From contig CAJFOL010000073.1 of the NCBI GenBank assembly GCA_904397185.1, positions 1 through 35,516 on the forward strand: a DNA stretch of 35,516 nucleotides, given 5' to 3'. Below the pieces are notes generated by a model. That model did not search any database. It worked only from the letters and a program-made list of their open reading frames with translations, and was not told where the DNA came from. This DNA comes from an uncultured Clostridia bacterium (lineage in GTDB: Bacteria > Bacillota > Clostridia > Christensenellales > UBA1242). The translations under genes were made by a program, and so were the position numbers. Below, one piece after another: positions 1-9,954 of this stretch. Position 1 is the first letter of the stretch. Every line of letters begins with the position of its first letter.

Positions 1-647
1 TCTAATTTAGTACAATTAGCAAAAGCCCCTGCTCCAATATTTTTTAATGTATTAATATCTTCAAACTCGAATGTTGCATTTGTAAAATTACTAAAAGCAC
101 CATTTCCAAGATCTGTAATACTAGAAGGAATGACAACTTTTTCTACGTTTCCAGATATTGTAGGTTCTTCCATTGTTAGAAGATCATCTACAGTACCGGT
201 GAACGTCGGAAAAAGTTTGACAGAATCAATCTTGTAATCTTCTCCACTATAACAAATTAAATTTCCATAATCATTAAATCTAATGGTACTAAGTTGCGAA
301 GTATCTCCACCATTATTCACATAAGATGCCAAATTAGTATTTAAAAACTCAGTTCCATCTAATTCTATTAAATCAACAATTTCTGGGAATATTAACGGTC
401 CTGCCATTAATACAACTATACGGACTATAATAGATTCTGCATCATCTCCATCAGGGAGTGTCAGAGAGATATTTCTAGCCCCTTCACCAGTTGAAATAGT
501 TTGAAATTTTAAGATAGGATAATCTTCCTCAGATATATTATTATCGCTCATGTAGTTTTGCCATTCTTCAATGTTTGCAAATTCAATTGTTGTTCCATCA
601 TTTAAGAAAAATGTAAAATTCTCGAGTGCCATCACTTTATTTTGCAT
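1..647 (-). CDS. BspA-type leucine-rich-repeat protein (partial, runs off the window edge; possibly 5'-truncated)
   Basis: Absent from the ORF track; translated by hand. The frame is open from 725 to the window edge and the first ATG is at 647. It contains VEKVVIPSSITDLGNGAFSNF and TLKNIGAGAFANCTKL, typical LRR_5/BspA repeats. No clear SD or signal peptide. Confidence 0.75.
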   Translation of the reverse strand, partial: MQNKVMALENFTFFLNDGTTIEFANIEEWQNYMSDNNISEEDYPILKFQTISTGEGARNISLTLPDGDDAESIIVRIVVLMAGPLIFPEIVDLIELDGTEFLNTNLASYVNNGGDTSQLSTIRFNDYGNLICYSGEDYKIDSVKLFPTFTGTVDDLLTMEEPTISGNVEKVVIPSSITDLGNGAFSNFTNATFEFEDINTLKNIGAGAFANCTKL

Positions 648-748
648 TTCTTCAGTAACTTCTTGAGTCAAATCAACTTCAAGTGTCTCAATATATTCTT
701 GCCATAGTTGAGTTTTATTTGATATTTATATATTGATACATATAATTA

Positions 749-795
749 TTATTGCATTTTTTATTGTTTAATCAAGATTTATTGCATTTTTTATT
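749..795. repeat. 17-bp direct repeat TTATTGCATTTTTTATT x2, period 30 bp
   Basis: Identical copies at 749-765 and 779-795, between the uvrA stop and the LRR gene. Confidence 0.8.
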
Positions 796-799
796 AATG

Positions 800-3631
800 T
801 TATTTCAAATATTTTTTGAGATGTTTGCCTGTGTAGGACTTTTCTACCTTTGCGACTTCTTCTGGAGTTCCTGTTGCGACAATCGTTCCGCCACCACTAC
901 CACCTTCTGGTCCAAGGTCAATGATATAATCTGCAGATTTGATTACGTCAAGATTGTGTTCAATCACAACCACGGTATTGCCATTTTCAACAAGCCGATT
1001 AAGTATGGATATGAGTTTTTTGATATCATACATATGAAGTCCTGTTGTCGGTTCGTCAAGGAGATAGATAGTTTTACCTGTCGACTTTTTAGAAAGTTCG
1101 GTCGCAAGTTTTACCCTCTGTGCTTCACCTCCTGACAGAGTGGTTGCTGGCTGCCCAAGTTTTATATAGTCAAGCCCAACGTCATGGAGTGCTTGCACTT
1201 TATTCTTGATTGATGGGATATTTTCAAAAAATTTGAGTGCCTCTTCAACAGTCATATCAAGGACGTCTGAAATGCTCTTCCCCTTATATTTAACCTCCAG
1301 TGTCTCGCGATTATACCTATGACCTTTGCACACTTCGCAAGGCACGATTATATCTGGCAGGAAGTACATTTCAATCTCTTTCACACCTGCACCCTCACAA
1401 GCATCACAACGTCCGCCTTTTACATTGAATGAAAATCTACCTGCACTGTATCCTCTAGCCTTTGCATCTGGTGTGCTTGCAAAAAGTTCTCGAATATACG
1501 AAAATAATCCAACATAGGTTGCAGGGTTGGAACGTGGAGTTCTCCCGATTGGTGATTGGTCAATATCAATCACTTTGTCAAGAAGTTCGACATTTTCTAT
1601 CTTGTCAAACTTGCCAAGTTCCAGTTTGGAGTTATTCAATTTGTTTGACAAATATGGATATATAACATCATTCAAAAGTGAAGACTTACCACTGCCAGAC
1701 ACACCAGTTATGCAAGTAAACACACCAAGCGGAATATCAACATTGAGTTTTTTAAGGTTATTCTCTCTTGCTCCCCGAACCTTTAAAAATTTATCCGATT
1801 TACGTCTACTTGTAGGCACCTCAATCTTCTCTTGACCTGTCAAAAACTTTGCGGTCACTGAATTTGGTGACTTTATGATATCTTCATATGTGCCATTGCC
1901 AACGATTTCACCACCATGCACACCAGCATAAGGTCCAACGTCAACTATCCAATCGGCAGAGCGAATTGTATCCTCATCATGCTCTACGACTATCAAGGTA
2001 TTTCCTAGGTCTCTTAGGTTTTTAAGTGTGCCAATGAGTCTGTCATTGTCACGTTGGTGAAGTCCTATTGATGGCTCGTCAAGGATATACAATACTCCTG
2101 AAAGTCCACTGCCTATTTGGGTCGCAAGACGAATACGTTGACTCTCTCCACCTGACAAGGTCTCAGCAGAACGCGATAAGGTCAAATACTCAAGTCCTAC
2201 GTCTGACAAGAATTTCAGCCTTGCCCTTATTTCTTTTAAGATACTCTTTGCAATCTCCGCTTTTTCTATTGATAAATTTAAATCATCGAAATACGGCAAA
2301 AGTTCCCCGACCGACATATCGCAGACTTCGGCTATATTCTTGCCTTTTATCTTGACCGACAATGCACTTTCATTCAATCGTTTGCCTTTGCAAGTCGGAC
2401 AGGTTATTTCTCTTACAAACTTGCCTATTTCAAAACGAATAAAATCACTCTTACTTTCGGCAAGTCTTCGTTTTAAGTTGTTTATAATTCCCTCAAATGA
2501 CAATGCTTTTTTGCCGTTGAAATGCTCAAAAGTCTTGTTTCGTGTTTCATTTTCGTACAAATCAAGTTTCTCGCCATTGTTACCATAAAGCAAAAGTTCT
2601 ATGTGCTTGCGAGGGAGTTTCTCAACCGGGCAATCTAGGTCAATATCGTATTTTTTTGCAAGTGCCTTGATGTAACGTTCCGCAAGTCCGCCACCGTCCA
2701 TTCGCCAGCCAGTCGCATTGAATGCCCCTTGATTGACAGACAAATGAGCATCTTTTAAGATAATATCCTCGGACACGTCAGAATATACACCAAGTCCAGA
2801 ACACGTTGGGCAGGCTCCATATGGTGCATTGAATGAAAAAAGTCTTGGAGTTATCTCTTCAAGTGTCCAGCCACAGTATGGGCAGGCATAATTTGTGCTG
2901 AAAAGTTGTTCGCCGTCATCATTATCGACTATGACCAGTCCTTCGGCAAGTTTCACTGCCGTTTCGATGCTGTCGGTCAAACGCGAATTGATGCCATCTT
3001 TCAGTACGAGCCTATCTACCACAACACGAATATTGTGCTTGATATTTTTGTCTAGGTTTATCTCTTCATCAAGCAGATAAATACTACCATCCACCTGCAC
3101 ACGAGTGTAACCTGACTTTTTTAAACTCTCAAACTGCTTAGCAAATGTGCCTTTTTGTCCTCTAACAATTGGTGCCAGTATGGTCAATTTGCTCCCTAGT
3201 CTCATTGTAAGAATAGCATCAACTATTTGGTCAACGGTCTGTTGAGAGATTGGTTTGTTACAATGCGGACAGTAAGGAGTTCCAACACGAGCGAAAAGCA
3301 ATCTTAAATAGTCATAGATTTCAGTCACAGTGCCGACAGTCGAACGTGGGTTGTGGTTTGTTGTCTTTTGGTCAATAGATATCGCTGGGCTTAATCCGTC
3401 AATTGACTCAACGTCTGGCTTCTGTGCTTGCCCTAAAAATTGACGTGCATAAGAAGAGAGGCTCTCAATATAACGTCTCTGTCCTTCTGCAAAAATTGTA
3501 CCAAAAGCAAGACTCGACTTTCCTGAACCACTGACACCAGTAAACACAATAAGTTTGTTTTTGGGTATTTCCAAATCTATATTTTTTAAATTATTTTCTT
3601 TTGCACCTTTAATAACTATTTTATCTTTCAT
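800..3631 (-). CDS. uvrA: Excinuclease ABC subunit A
   Basis: 943 aa. Two Walker A motifs (GVSGSGKSS), LSGGESQR and LSGGEAQR signatures, CxxC zinc modules, [17 protein letters not shown]. Confidence 0.99.
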   Translation of the reverse strand: MKDKIVIKGAKENNLKNIDLEIPKNKLIVFTGVSGSGKSSLAFGTIFAEGQRRYIESLSSYARQFLGQAQKPDVESIDGLSPAISIDQKTTNHNPRSTVGTVTEIYDYLRLLFARVGTPYCPHCNKPISQQTVDQIVDAILTMRLGSKLTILAPIVRGQKGTFAKQFESLKKSGYTRVQVDGSIYLLDEEINLDKNIKHNIRVVVDRLVLKDGINSRLTDSIETAVKLAEGLVIVDNDDGEQLFSTNYACPYCGWTLEEITPRLFSFNAPYGACPTCSGLGVYSDVSEDIILKDAHLSVNQGAFNATGWRMDGGGLAERYIKALAKKYDIDLDCPVEKLPRKHIELLLYGNNGEKLDLYENETRNKTFEHFNGKKALSFEGIINNLKRRLAESKSDFIRFEIGKFVREITCPTCKGKRLNESALSVKIKGKNIAEVCDMSVGELLPYFDDLNLSIEKAEIAKSILKEIRARLKFLSDVGLEYLTLSRSAETLSGGESQRIRLATQIGSGLSGVLYILDEPSIGLHQRDNDRLIGTLKNLRDLGNTLIVVEHDEDTIRSADWIVDVGPYAGVHGGEIVGNGTYEDIIKSPNSVTAKFLTGQEKIEVPTSRRKSDKFLKVRGARENNLKKLNVDIPLGVFTCITGVSGSGKSSLLNDVIYPYLSNKLNNSKLELGKFDKIENVELLDKVIDIDQSPIGRTPRSNPATYVGLFSYIRELFASTPDAKARGYSAGRFSFNVKGGRCDACEGAGVKEIEMYFLPDIIVPCEVCKGHRYNRETLEVKYKGKSISDVLDMTVEEALKFFENIPSIKNKVQALHDVGLDYIKLGQPATTLSGGEAQRVKLATELSKKSTGKTIYLLDEPTTGLHMYDIKKLISILNRLVENGNTVVVIEHNLDVIKSADYIIDLGPEGGSGGGTIVATGTPEEVAKVEKSYTGKHLKKYLK

Positions 3632-3637
3632 ACTTTT

Positions 3638-3666
3638 ATTATACCACTTTTATTTTTAACTAACAA
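3638..3666 (-). promoter_or_regulatory. sigma-A promoter of uvrA, probably leaderless
   Basis: TTGTTA-N17-TATAAT with TG extension. Only 6 nt separate the -10 from the ATG, and there is no SD. Confidence 0.7.
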
Positions 3667-3686
3667 ATTTTTAATACATTTACACC

Positions 3687-3717
3687 AAAAAAGTCAAACG
3701 ATTTTGTTTGACTTTTT
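3687..3717 (-). terminator. Intrinsic terminator (possibly bidirectional)
   Basis: AAAAAGTCAAAC-gatttt-GTTTGACTTTTT inverted repeat with T-tails on both strands, downstream of the WG protein/microprotein unit. Confidence 0.75.
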
Positions 3718-3771
3718 AAGAAAAATTTTCAATCTCATTTTTAGAAAAATCCAATTTGTAATTATATAAAA

Positions 3772-3882
3772 CTATCTTTTCGCTTTGTTATCCGCTTTGA
3801 CAATTTTGTCAAGTTTTAATAGACATTTGGAGGTTGTTTCATAGATTTCACCAATTATTTTATTTGCTTCGGCTTTATTCAT
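3772..3882 (-). CDS. 36-aa microprotein MNKAEANKIIGEIYETTSKCLLKLDKIVKADNKAKR
   Basis: Below the ORF-track length cutoff. AGGAGG SD lies 6 nt upstream of the ATG, the ORF overlaps the end of 3875..5470 by 8 nt, and it ends before the terminator. Confidence 0.65.
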   Translation of the reverse strand: MNKAEANKIIGEIYETTSKCLLKLDKIVKADNKAKR

Positions 3883-5470
3883 TCTCGCCCTCCTTGGATA
3901 TATTCATTATATTTTGTGCTGTCTTATTATGAATTTGAAGTAGGCTTTCTGCAGCCTCCTTTCTAACTTTTTCTATCTTCTCTTGCTGGCTTTGTTTATT
4001 GGCTTTTTCTTTTGCAATTTCGGTCGCTCTTTCAATCACTAATTTAGAAATTTCGCTATATTCTTCAGTCGCCTTGGCTATCTCTTCTTCGTTTTCGCAT
4101 TCATCTATTTTGTCCTGAACTTGGCATCCAGCAAGGAAAGAATAAAGTGCAAAATAATCCCCACTATTTTCAGCATTTATACACTCTTTTAATACATTAG
4201 GCAAGTATTCGATCTCGGTGCTTAAAAGTAGATCTAAAGTATCCTTTTCTTCATCTGACAAGACTGCCTTTTTGCCATTTCCAGTCACATCTTTGTAACA
4301 TTTCTTTGTGATAAAACTCCAACCTTCTTGAGTCCTATATGCAATAAAGCCGTTTTTTTCTTCTATTTTTATTATCGGATTTTTAGGGTCAGACTCTAAA
4401 ACAAGTTTGCCGTCTTTACTATAATAATCACGTACAGTACTATCTTTTACCGCTCTCTTCCCATCATCTAGATAGCAAACATAGCCATATTTGCTTGATT
4501 TTATATCTTTATATTTATCTGATGGTGTAATCACAACTTTGCCATCATTATCCAAAATGCCACATTCATAAACAGTCATTGCAGACTCATCAAGGTATAC
4601 TTTTTCGCGTCTCTTCACAACTTTAAAGCCATCGCCTACAGTTTTAATTGACTCATATTCAAAAGGTATAATTTGTTTGCCCTCGCTGTTAAAGTAGCCA
4701 CAACTATAATTATGATTTCTTGTTACTCTAAAACCATCGCCTAGTTGTTCTATATTGTCGTACTTTTCAGGAATTATCACTTTGCCATTTTTATCATATA
4801 CCCCGAAATGTTCCCCTTGTACAATAAAACCATTGTTGATAGACAAAATTTCTTTATAACTTTTAGGCAAAATTTGTTCTCCTTCCATATTGAAAACAGT
4901 ATAATTGTCGTTAAGGTCTTGTGCAATAATATATTCGCCACCTTCTCTTATCTCTTTATAATTGCATGGAATTATCTCTTTGCCGTCTTTATAATAACCT
5001 CTTCTTATTACTTGAAATAATTGTGGCATTTCGTCATCGGCATCAGAGACCATAAAACCCTGCCCAATTTTGATGACGTCCGAATACTCGCAAGGCACTA
5101 AAATATCACCATTATAACTTGCAAGACCTTTTCGTATTCCATTAACACTATGGTAAGTCAAAAGAAACCCGTCATTATTTACTTTTATATCAGCATACTT
5201 TGAAGGCAAAACTTCTCTTCCGTCTAATGTTCTATATCCCCAACAGCCGTTTTCTTTTACAAAGTATCCGCCTTTGTAATATTCTTCTCTTATTTTATCA
5301 TATTTACATTCTAAGGTTTGAATGCCACTTTCAGTCACAAATCCACATTTACCTTTTTGCCAAACAATATAGCCATAGTCTGCTTTTTCAATATCACTAA
5401 ATGGTCCTAACTTCTCGCCATAATTTGCAACCAAATATTTTCTATTAAATAGTCCTTTTTGTATTTCCAT
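3875..5470 (-). CDS. WG-repeat (KWG-like) beta-repeat protein with a C-terminal helical domain
   Basis: About 9 repeats of G-(F/Y)-x-D/N-x-x-G-x-x-(I/V)-(I/L)-P-x-x-Y-x-x-I, then a charged helical tail. No signal peptide. AAGGAG SD. Confidence 0.85.
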   Translation of the reverse strand: MEIQKGLFNRKYLVANYGEKLGPFSDIEKADYGYIVWQKGKCGFVTESGIQTLECKYDKIREEYYKGGYFVKENGCWGYRTLDGREVLPSKYADIKVNNDGFLLTYHSVNGIRKGLASYNGDILVPCEYSDVIKIGQGFMVSDADDEMPQLFQVIRRGYYKDGKEIIPCNYKEIREGGEYIIAQDLNDNYTVFNMEGEQILPKSYKEILSINNGFIVQGEHFGVYDKNGKVIIPEKYDNIEQLGDGFRVTRNHNYSCGYFNSEGKQIIPFEYESIKTVGDGFKVVKRREKVYLDESAMTVYECGILDNDGKVVITPSDKYKDIKSSKYGYVCYLDDGKRAVKDSTVRDYYSKDGKLVLESDPKNPIIKIEEKNGFIAYRTQEGWSFITKKCYKDVTGNGKKAVLSDEEKDTLDLLLSTEIEYLPNVLKECINAENSGDYFALYSFLAGCQVQDKIDECENEEEIAKATEEYSEISKLVIERATEIAKEKANKQSQQEKIEKVRKEAAESLLQIHNKTAQNIMNISKEGENE

Positions 5471-5490
5471 ATTTCTCTCCTTATTGATAA

Positions 5491-5519
5491 ATTATAACAT
5501 AAATCGCCCTTTAAGTCAA
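5491..5519 (-). promoter_or_regulatory. sigma-A promoter
   Basis: TTGACT-N17-TATAAT with TG extension. Confidence 0.8.
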
Positions 5520-5530
5520 TATGAGACGAT

Positions 5531-5554
5531 AAAAAAGATAGGATGACCTATCTT
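5531..5554 (-). terminator. Intrinsic terminator
   Basis: AAGATAGG-atga-CCTATCTT stem, ending in a T-run on the minus strand. Confidence 0.7.
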
Positions 5555-5597
5555 CTCAATTTAAACATTTCTCTCTAATCGGGTGTTTTTTGCACTT

Positions 5598-6389
5598 TTA
5601 GTAAAGTTCGTAATCAATATTATCGAAAAATCTACTATTATCATCTAAATGTTGTACATTTCCGTCTTCACTTACAAGGTCAACACCATTTTTGTCTGCC
5701 TTAATCTTGTCATAAATTATAGGTGTAACTGCCTTTCCTGTTCTATCGAATAATCCAAACTTGCCATTCTGCTCAGCAATAATCAGATTTTTAGAAATAG
5801 ATATGCTATCATAATTGCAAGGCATAATCTCCTCACCTTTTTCGTTTAAAACACCATATTTACCTTTTTTCTCCATTTGAAAAACATAAATTCCTAACAC
5901 TTTTCTTACTGCATAATATTTGCAAGGTATAACCTCATTCCCATTCTCATCACAAAATCCCATATTTAAATAGATTTTCTTCTCCCAATCATAAAGAGGC
6001 TTTTCGTCTTGTTGTCTTTGACGTTCTTCGTCAAGATGTCCAACTGAAAAACCATTTTTTACTCTACCGATTGCATAGTATTTTGCAGGAACGACCTGTT
6101 TGCCATTTTCATCAAGATAACCTAAATTAGTTCCGTTTGCAAAAATAAAACCTACAACTTTATGCTTGTAATAGTCATAATCTGGCTTTAAACTTTCATA
6201 AATTGGCAATACTACCTCGCCTTTTTCATCATCTACGTAGCCATATAAATACCCCTTATCGGTTTGCACCTCTGTTTTATAACCATGATGCAATCTATTA
6301 ACTTTGTCATATGGCCCATATTCTTTTTCTTTATCAACTAAAAAATATTGCGACTCGTTGTTATTATCTTCTATTTCTTTTATTAACAT
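5598..6389 (-). CDS. WG-repeat (KWG-like) protein
   Basis: Repeats such as GYLDENGKQVVPAKY, GFCDENGNEVIPCKY and GLFDRTGKAVTPIIY. GAGGTGG SD. No signal peptide. Confidence 0.88.
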   Translation of the reverse strand: MLIKEIEDNNNESQYFLVDKEKEYGPYDKVNRLHHGYKTEVQTDKGYLYGYVDDEKGEVVLPIYESLKPDYDYYKHKVVGFIFANGTNLGYLDENGKQVVPAKYYAIGRVKNGFSVGHLDEERQRQQDEKPLYDWEKKIYLNMGFCDENGNEVIPCKYYAVRKVLGIYVFQMEKKGKYGVLNEKGEEIMPCNYDSISISKNLIIAEQNGKFGLFDRTGKAVTPIIYDKIKADKNGVDLVSEDGNVQHLDDNSRFFDNIDYELY

Positions 6390-6409
6390 AATCCACCTCT
6401 CTTAACTTG

Positions 6410-6438
6410 ATTTTAACATAAACAAAGCAAAATGTCAA
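6410..6438 (-). promoter_or_regulatory. sigma-A promoter
   Basis: TTGACA-N17-TAAAAT with TG extension. Confidence 0.8.
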
Positions 6439-6451
6439 TATCATTTATAAT

Positions 6452-6486
6452 AAAAATACACCCCACTTGTTGTGTAAGGTGCATTT
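6452..6486 (-). terminator. Intrinsic terminator
   Basis: On the minus strand AAATGCACCTTAC pairs with GTGGGGTGTATTT (13 bp including G-U pairs) and ends in a T-run. Confidence 0.65.
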
Positions 6487-6492
6487 ATGCTT

Positions 6493-7416
6493 TTAATTCC
6501 ATTCAATATTATCTGGCAGAGATTGCAAAGGACAAGTCCTGTCATATTCAATTTGTCTTGCAACAGAACTATTGCCATAATCAATTGTCTCTTCTACAAC
6601 CCTAAGTTTTTCATCAAATTGATAATGTACGGTTGTCGAATTGTCATCTGTAACAAGATCAAGTGTGTAAAAACCATCTTGATAATTTAAAGTGACATTT
6701 TCAACGGTGATTATTTCAGCAAAAAGATTGTGGATAAAGTTGTAAATAAAGTTTTCAAGGCATGACTTTTCGCTGTCAAGCGAGATTGAAAGCAGTTGGC
6801 TGTATGCCTCTTCGATTGTCAAACTTGTGTGAGTTCCTGTCAGTGTTGACGGAGTATACTGATAGAGATATCCATCATTATAATATATTATCTCTATATC
6901 ATTTTCTTTAGTATAACCTTTTATATATATTTCTTCATTTGAAAAATAACTTTCAGACAAATTGCCATCATTAAGTACATCAACACTTTGGTACAAACTT
7001 GTCGTGCCACTATAACCTTGCAAAATAATATTTTCTAGTCCTGCAAGGTCAAGCACTTCAACTGTAAATGTGGTTGTAAGGTCATTGTAAGAGATATCTA
7101 TTGTATACTCTCCGAGTGTCATCTTATCAAACTCTGAATAATCTATAGTGAAGTCGGTGATATTTTGACTGCTGCCTTCGCTATCATAATAGGTCACTAC
7201 AACATTCTCTTGATTGAAATCTTCGCCCTGAAGATAGTAAACTTGTGAATTTTGTGTGTCAACAACTAATTGCTCTTGATAGGTCTGCTCGCCCTCTTGA
7301 CTTGATTGATTTTTTTGGTTATTTTCATTCCAAAGATAAACAAACAAGTAAATTAGTCCAGCAAATAATGCAAGAGTGATTATTACGGCGATAAATTTTA
7401 AAATTTTCTTTGCCAT
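6493..7416 (-). CDS. Membrane-anchored protein with a bacterial Ig-like (Big_3-type) domain
   Basis: N-terminal TM helix. YxxGEDF...VVVTYYDSEG...FDKMTLGEYTIDISYNDLTTTFTVEV matches the Big_3 pattern. Acidic, beta-rich C-terminal half. Confidence 0.8.
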   Translation of the reverse strand: MAKKILKFIAVIITLALFAGLIYLFVYLWNENNQKNQSSQEGEQTYQEQLVVDTQNSQVYYLQGEDFNQENVVVTYYDSEGSSQNITDFTIDYSEFDKMTLGEYTIDISYNDLTTTFTVEVLDLAGLENIILQGYSGTTSLYQSVDVLNDGNLSESYFSNEEIYIKGYTKENDIEIIYYNDGYLYQYTPSTLTGTHTSLTIEEAYSQLLSISLDSEKSCLENFIYNFIHNLFAEIITVENVTLNYQDGFYTLDLVTDDNSTTVHYQFDEKLRVVEETIDYGNSSVARQIEYDRTCPLQSLPDNIEWN

Positions 7417-7439
7417 ATTTACTCCTTTTATGCAGAAAA

Positions 7440-7468
7440 ATTATAACACGACAAAAGTGCATTGTCAA
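7440..7468 (-). promoter_or_regulatory. sigma-A promoter (perfect consensus)
   Basis: TTGACA-N17-TATAAT with TG extension. Confidence 0.85.
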
Positions 7469-7542
7469 TATCAAAATTTCGCCAAAAATTATCTTTTAAA
7501 ATAAATTTTTTGTTTTTTGTTTGATTACATAAGATTTTATAT

Positions 7543-9516
7543 TTACTTAGTCTTATTTGTTTTGGTCATTTTTTCTAGTTGCTTGCGGAGTTTTTGGATT
7601 TGATTTCGAAGTTCAATCGCCCGCTCAAAATCTAATGCTCCTGAGGCAACTTTCATCATAGCAGTAAGTTTTTCAATCTCGGCAGGTATCTCCTCTTTCT
7701 TGAGTTTGCCGTCATCAACTTTCTTGGTTACGTCAAGTGTATTCTTTATTTCCTTTATAATAGTTTTCGGTGTAATTCCATGCTCCTTGTTGTATTTTTC
7801 TTGCAAAGCACGTCTCTTTTCTGTCGTCTCAATTGCACGTTTCATTGAATCGGTCATTGTGTCGGCATACATTATAACCCTGCCATTTGCATTACGTGCC
7901 GCACGGCCTATCGTTTGAATTAAAGCACCCTCACTTCGCAAAAAACCTTCCTTATCAGCATCCAAAATTGCCACAAGCTCAACCTCTGGCATATCAAGTC
8001 CTTCACGAAGCAGGTTTATTCCCACAAGCACATCAAACTCCCCTGCACGAAGTCCGTTTACAATCTCCACACGTTCCATTGTGTCAATCTCGGAGTGCAT
8101 ATATTTGGTCTTAAAATTATGCTCCTGAAGATATGTTGTCAAACTTTCTGCCATCTTCTTTGTCAAAGTGGTGACAAGCACACGGGCATTATGCTCGACA
8201 ACCTTTTGAATTTCAAGCATCAAATCTTCAATCTGTGTCTTAATCGGCTTAACTTCAATCTTCGGGTCTAATAATCCCGTTGGACGTATAACCTGCTCGA
8301 CAACTTGTCCTGCACGAGAGAGTTCGTACTGGGCAGGAGTCGCCGAGACGTACATAACTTGACCTATTTTACTCTCAAACTCATCGAATGTAAGCGGTCT
8401 ATTGTCCTTAGCGGCTGGCAGGCGGAAGCCGTAGTCAACAAGCGATTGTTTTCTTGCCTTGTCTCCGTTATACATTGCTCGTATTTGAGGCAAAGTCATA
8501 TGACTTTCATCAATAATAGTCAAAAAGCCTTTTGGAAAATAGTCTATGAGTGTATAAGGTGGCTCGCCTGGCTTGCGACCATCAAAATATCTCGAATAAT
8601 TTTCAATCCCGCTACAATACCCCACCTCTCTCATCATTTCAAGGTCATAAGATACTCGTTGACCGATACGTTCGGCTTCTATAAGTTTGCCCTCTCGCGA
8701 AAAATCTTCAACTGCCTTTTCTCTATCCTTTTCAATTTGCTCAAGTGCCTGCTCCAGACGGCTTCTACCAACCGCATAGTGGGTGGCAGGATAGATTGAA
8801 ACGTATTTAAGTTCGTTTATCAAATTGCCAGAAACAGGGTCAAAATTGTATATCTTTTCAATTTCATCTCCAAAAAAGCGAATTTTAACGGCAAGTTCTG
8901 ATTGGTTTGCTGGAAAAATATCAAGTGTGTCACCTTTTACTCTAAAGGTCGAGCGTTTGAAATCTATATCATTTCGTGTGTACTGAATGTCAATAAGTCT
9001 TGAAATAACCTCATCTCGGTCAACTAGGTCACCCTCTCGCAAGGTTATATGCAGATTGTAATATTCCTCGGGATTGCCAAGACCATATATACAGGACACT
9101 GATGCAACTATTATGACATCATCCCGCTCAAGTATTGAAGAAGTCGCAGATGAGCGAAGTTTGTCTATCTCATCGTTGACCGACATATCCTTTTCAATAT
9201 AGGTGTCAGTAGAAACAATATATGCCTCTGGCTGATAATAATCATAATACGAAACAAAATACTCCACACGGTTGTGCGGGAAAAACTCACGAAACTCATT
9301 ACATAACTGTGCGGCAAGTGTCTTGTTGTGGGCTATTACCAATGTCGGTTTTTTCATCCGTTGAATAAGGTTTGCCATTGTAAAGGTCTTGCCACTTCCT
9401 GTGACGCCCAAAAGCACTTGTTCTTTAAGCCCCTCTTGAAAACCCTCCACAAGTTTTTCAATCGCCTGTGGCTGGTCGCCTGATGGCTTGTATGGTGATA
9501 CTAATTCAAAATCCAT
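7543..9516 (-). CDS. uvrB: Excinuclease ABC subunit B
   Basis: 657 aa. [22 protein letters not shown] beta-hairpin, DESH, and a C-terminal UVR domain ([13 protein letters not shown]). Confidence 0.99.
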   Translation of the reverse strand: MDFELVSPYKPSGDQPQAIEKLVEGFQEGLKEQVLLGVTGSGKTFTMANLIQRMKKPTLVIAHNKTLAAQLCNEFREFFPHNRVEYFVSYYDYYQPEAYIVSTDTYIEKDMSVNDEIDKLRSSATSSILERDDVIIVASVSCIYGLGNPEEYYNLHITLREGDLVDRDEVISRLIDIQYTRNDIDFKRSTFRVKGDTLDIFPANQSELAVKIRFFGDEIEKIYNFDPVSGNLINELKYVSIYPATHYAVGRSRLEQALEQIEKDREKAVEDFSREGKLIEAERIGQRVSYDLEMMREVGYCSGIENYSRYFDGRKPGEPPYTLIDYFPKGFLTIIDESHMTLPQIRAMYNGDKARKQSLVDYGFRLPAAKDNRPLTFDEFESKIGQVMYVSATPAQYELSRAGQVVEQVIRPTGLLDPKIEVKPIKTQIEDLMLEIQKVVEHNARVLVTTLTKKMAESLTTYLQEHNFKTKYMHSEIDTMERVEIVNGLRAGEFDVLVGINLLREGLDMPEVELVAILDADKEGFLRSEGALIQTIGRAARNANGRVIMYADTMTDSMKRAIETTEKRRALQEKYNKEHGITPKTIIKEIKNTLDVTKKVDDGKLKKEEIPAEIEKLTAMMKVASGALDFERAIELRNQIQKLRKQLEKMTKTNKTK

Positions 9517-9534
9517 TTTTTATCCTTTCGCCAT

Positions 9535-9563
9535 ATTATACAACAAAACCACGTGTTTTTAAA
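9535..9563 (-). promoter_or_regulatory. sigma-A promoter of uvrB
   Basis: TTTAAA-N17-TATAAT, with an AAAGGA SD downstream. Confidence 0.6.
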
Positions 9564-9588
9564 AGTATTTTGCAATAAAATATTCCCC

Positions 9589-9954
9589 CTAACTTTTAAA
9601 AATTGCTTTGAGAATAAGACCAAACACAAAACTGACTGTCGCCAAAAATATACTGCGAAGCACAAGCATTAAAAGAGTTTTCTTTTGATGTTTTACATCT
9701 GCTAGATATGTCTGCCCTTTTTTCTTAAGTTTTACACAATAATAATACCCGTTTTTACTGTCAGACACCACAAAATCAATATAATTTTGCAACGATAAAC
9801 TTGCCATAATCTCGTCAATTTCATTCACTGAAAGCACCATCTTTTTGCATAACTCCTTTGCAATTTCATGCGGAGAAATAAGGTATGTTTTCTTCCCCAC
9901 ACATACCTTACATAAATATTTTAACACCAATTTTTCTTTTCTATTATCTGGCAT
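9589..9954 (-). CDS. Hypothetical winged-helix-like protein with a C-terminal TM helix
   Basis: 121 aa. Three helices plus a beta-wing pattern (SLSLQNYIDF...YCVKLKKKG) and a hydrophobic C-terminus. Confidence 0.8.
   Translation of the reverse strand: MPDNRKEKLVLKYLCKVCVGKKTYLISPHEIAKELCKKMVLSVNEIDEIMASLSLQNYIDFVVSDSKNGYYYCVKLKKKGQTYLADVKHQKKTLLMLVLRSIFLATVSFVFGLILKAIFKS

Noticed and set aside
3797-3812. Palindrome TTGACAA-TT-TTGTCAA
   Set aside because: It lies inside the 36-aa ORF and I found no correctly spaced -10. It is a single occurrence, so an operator role is unsupported.
6729-6737. Perfect DnaA box (TGTGGATAA)
   Set aside because: Single and intragenic. There is no box cluster, including in the AT-rich spacer at 9955-10342, so no oriC call.
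3687-7468. Integron or mobile element interpretation of the uvrB-uvrA interval
   Set aside because: No recombinase, attC-like sites, terminal repeats or target duplication are visible.
9545-9559. AAAAC-CACGT-GTTTT in the uvrB promoter as a possible SOS box
   Set aside because: Spacing is N5 rather than N4, the half-sites deviate from GAAC/GTTC, and there is no counterpart at uvrA.
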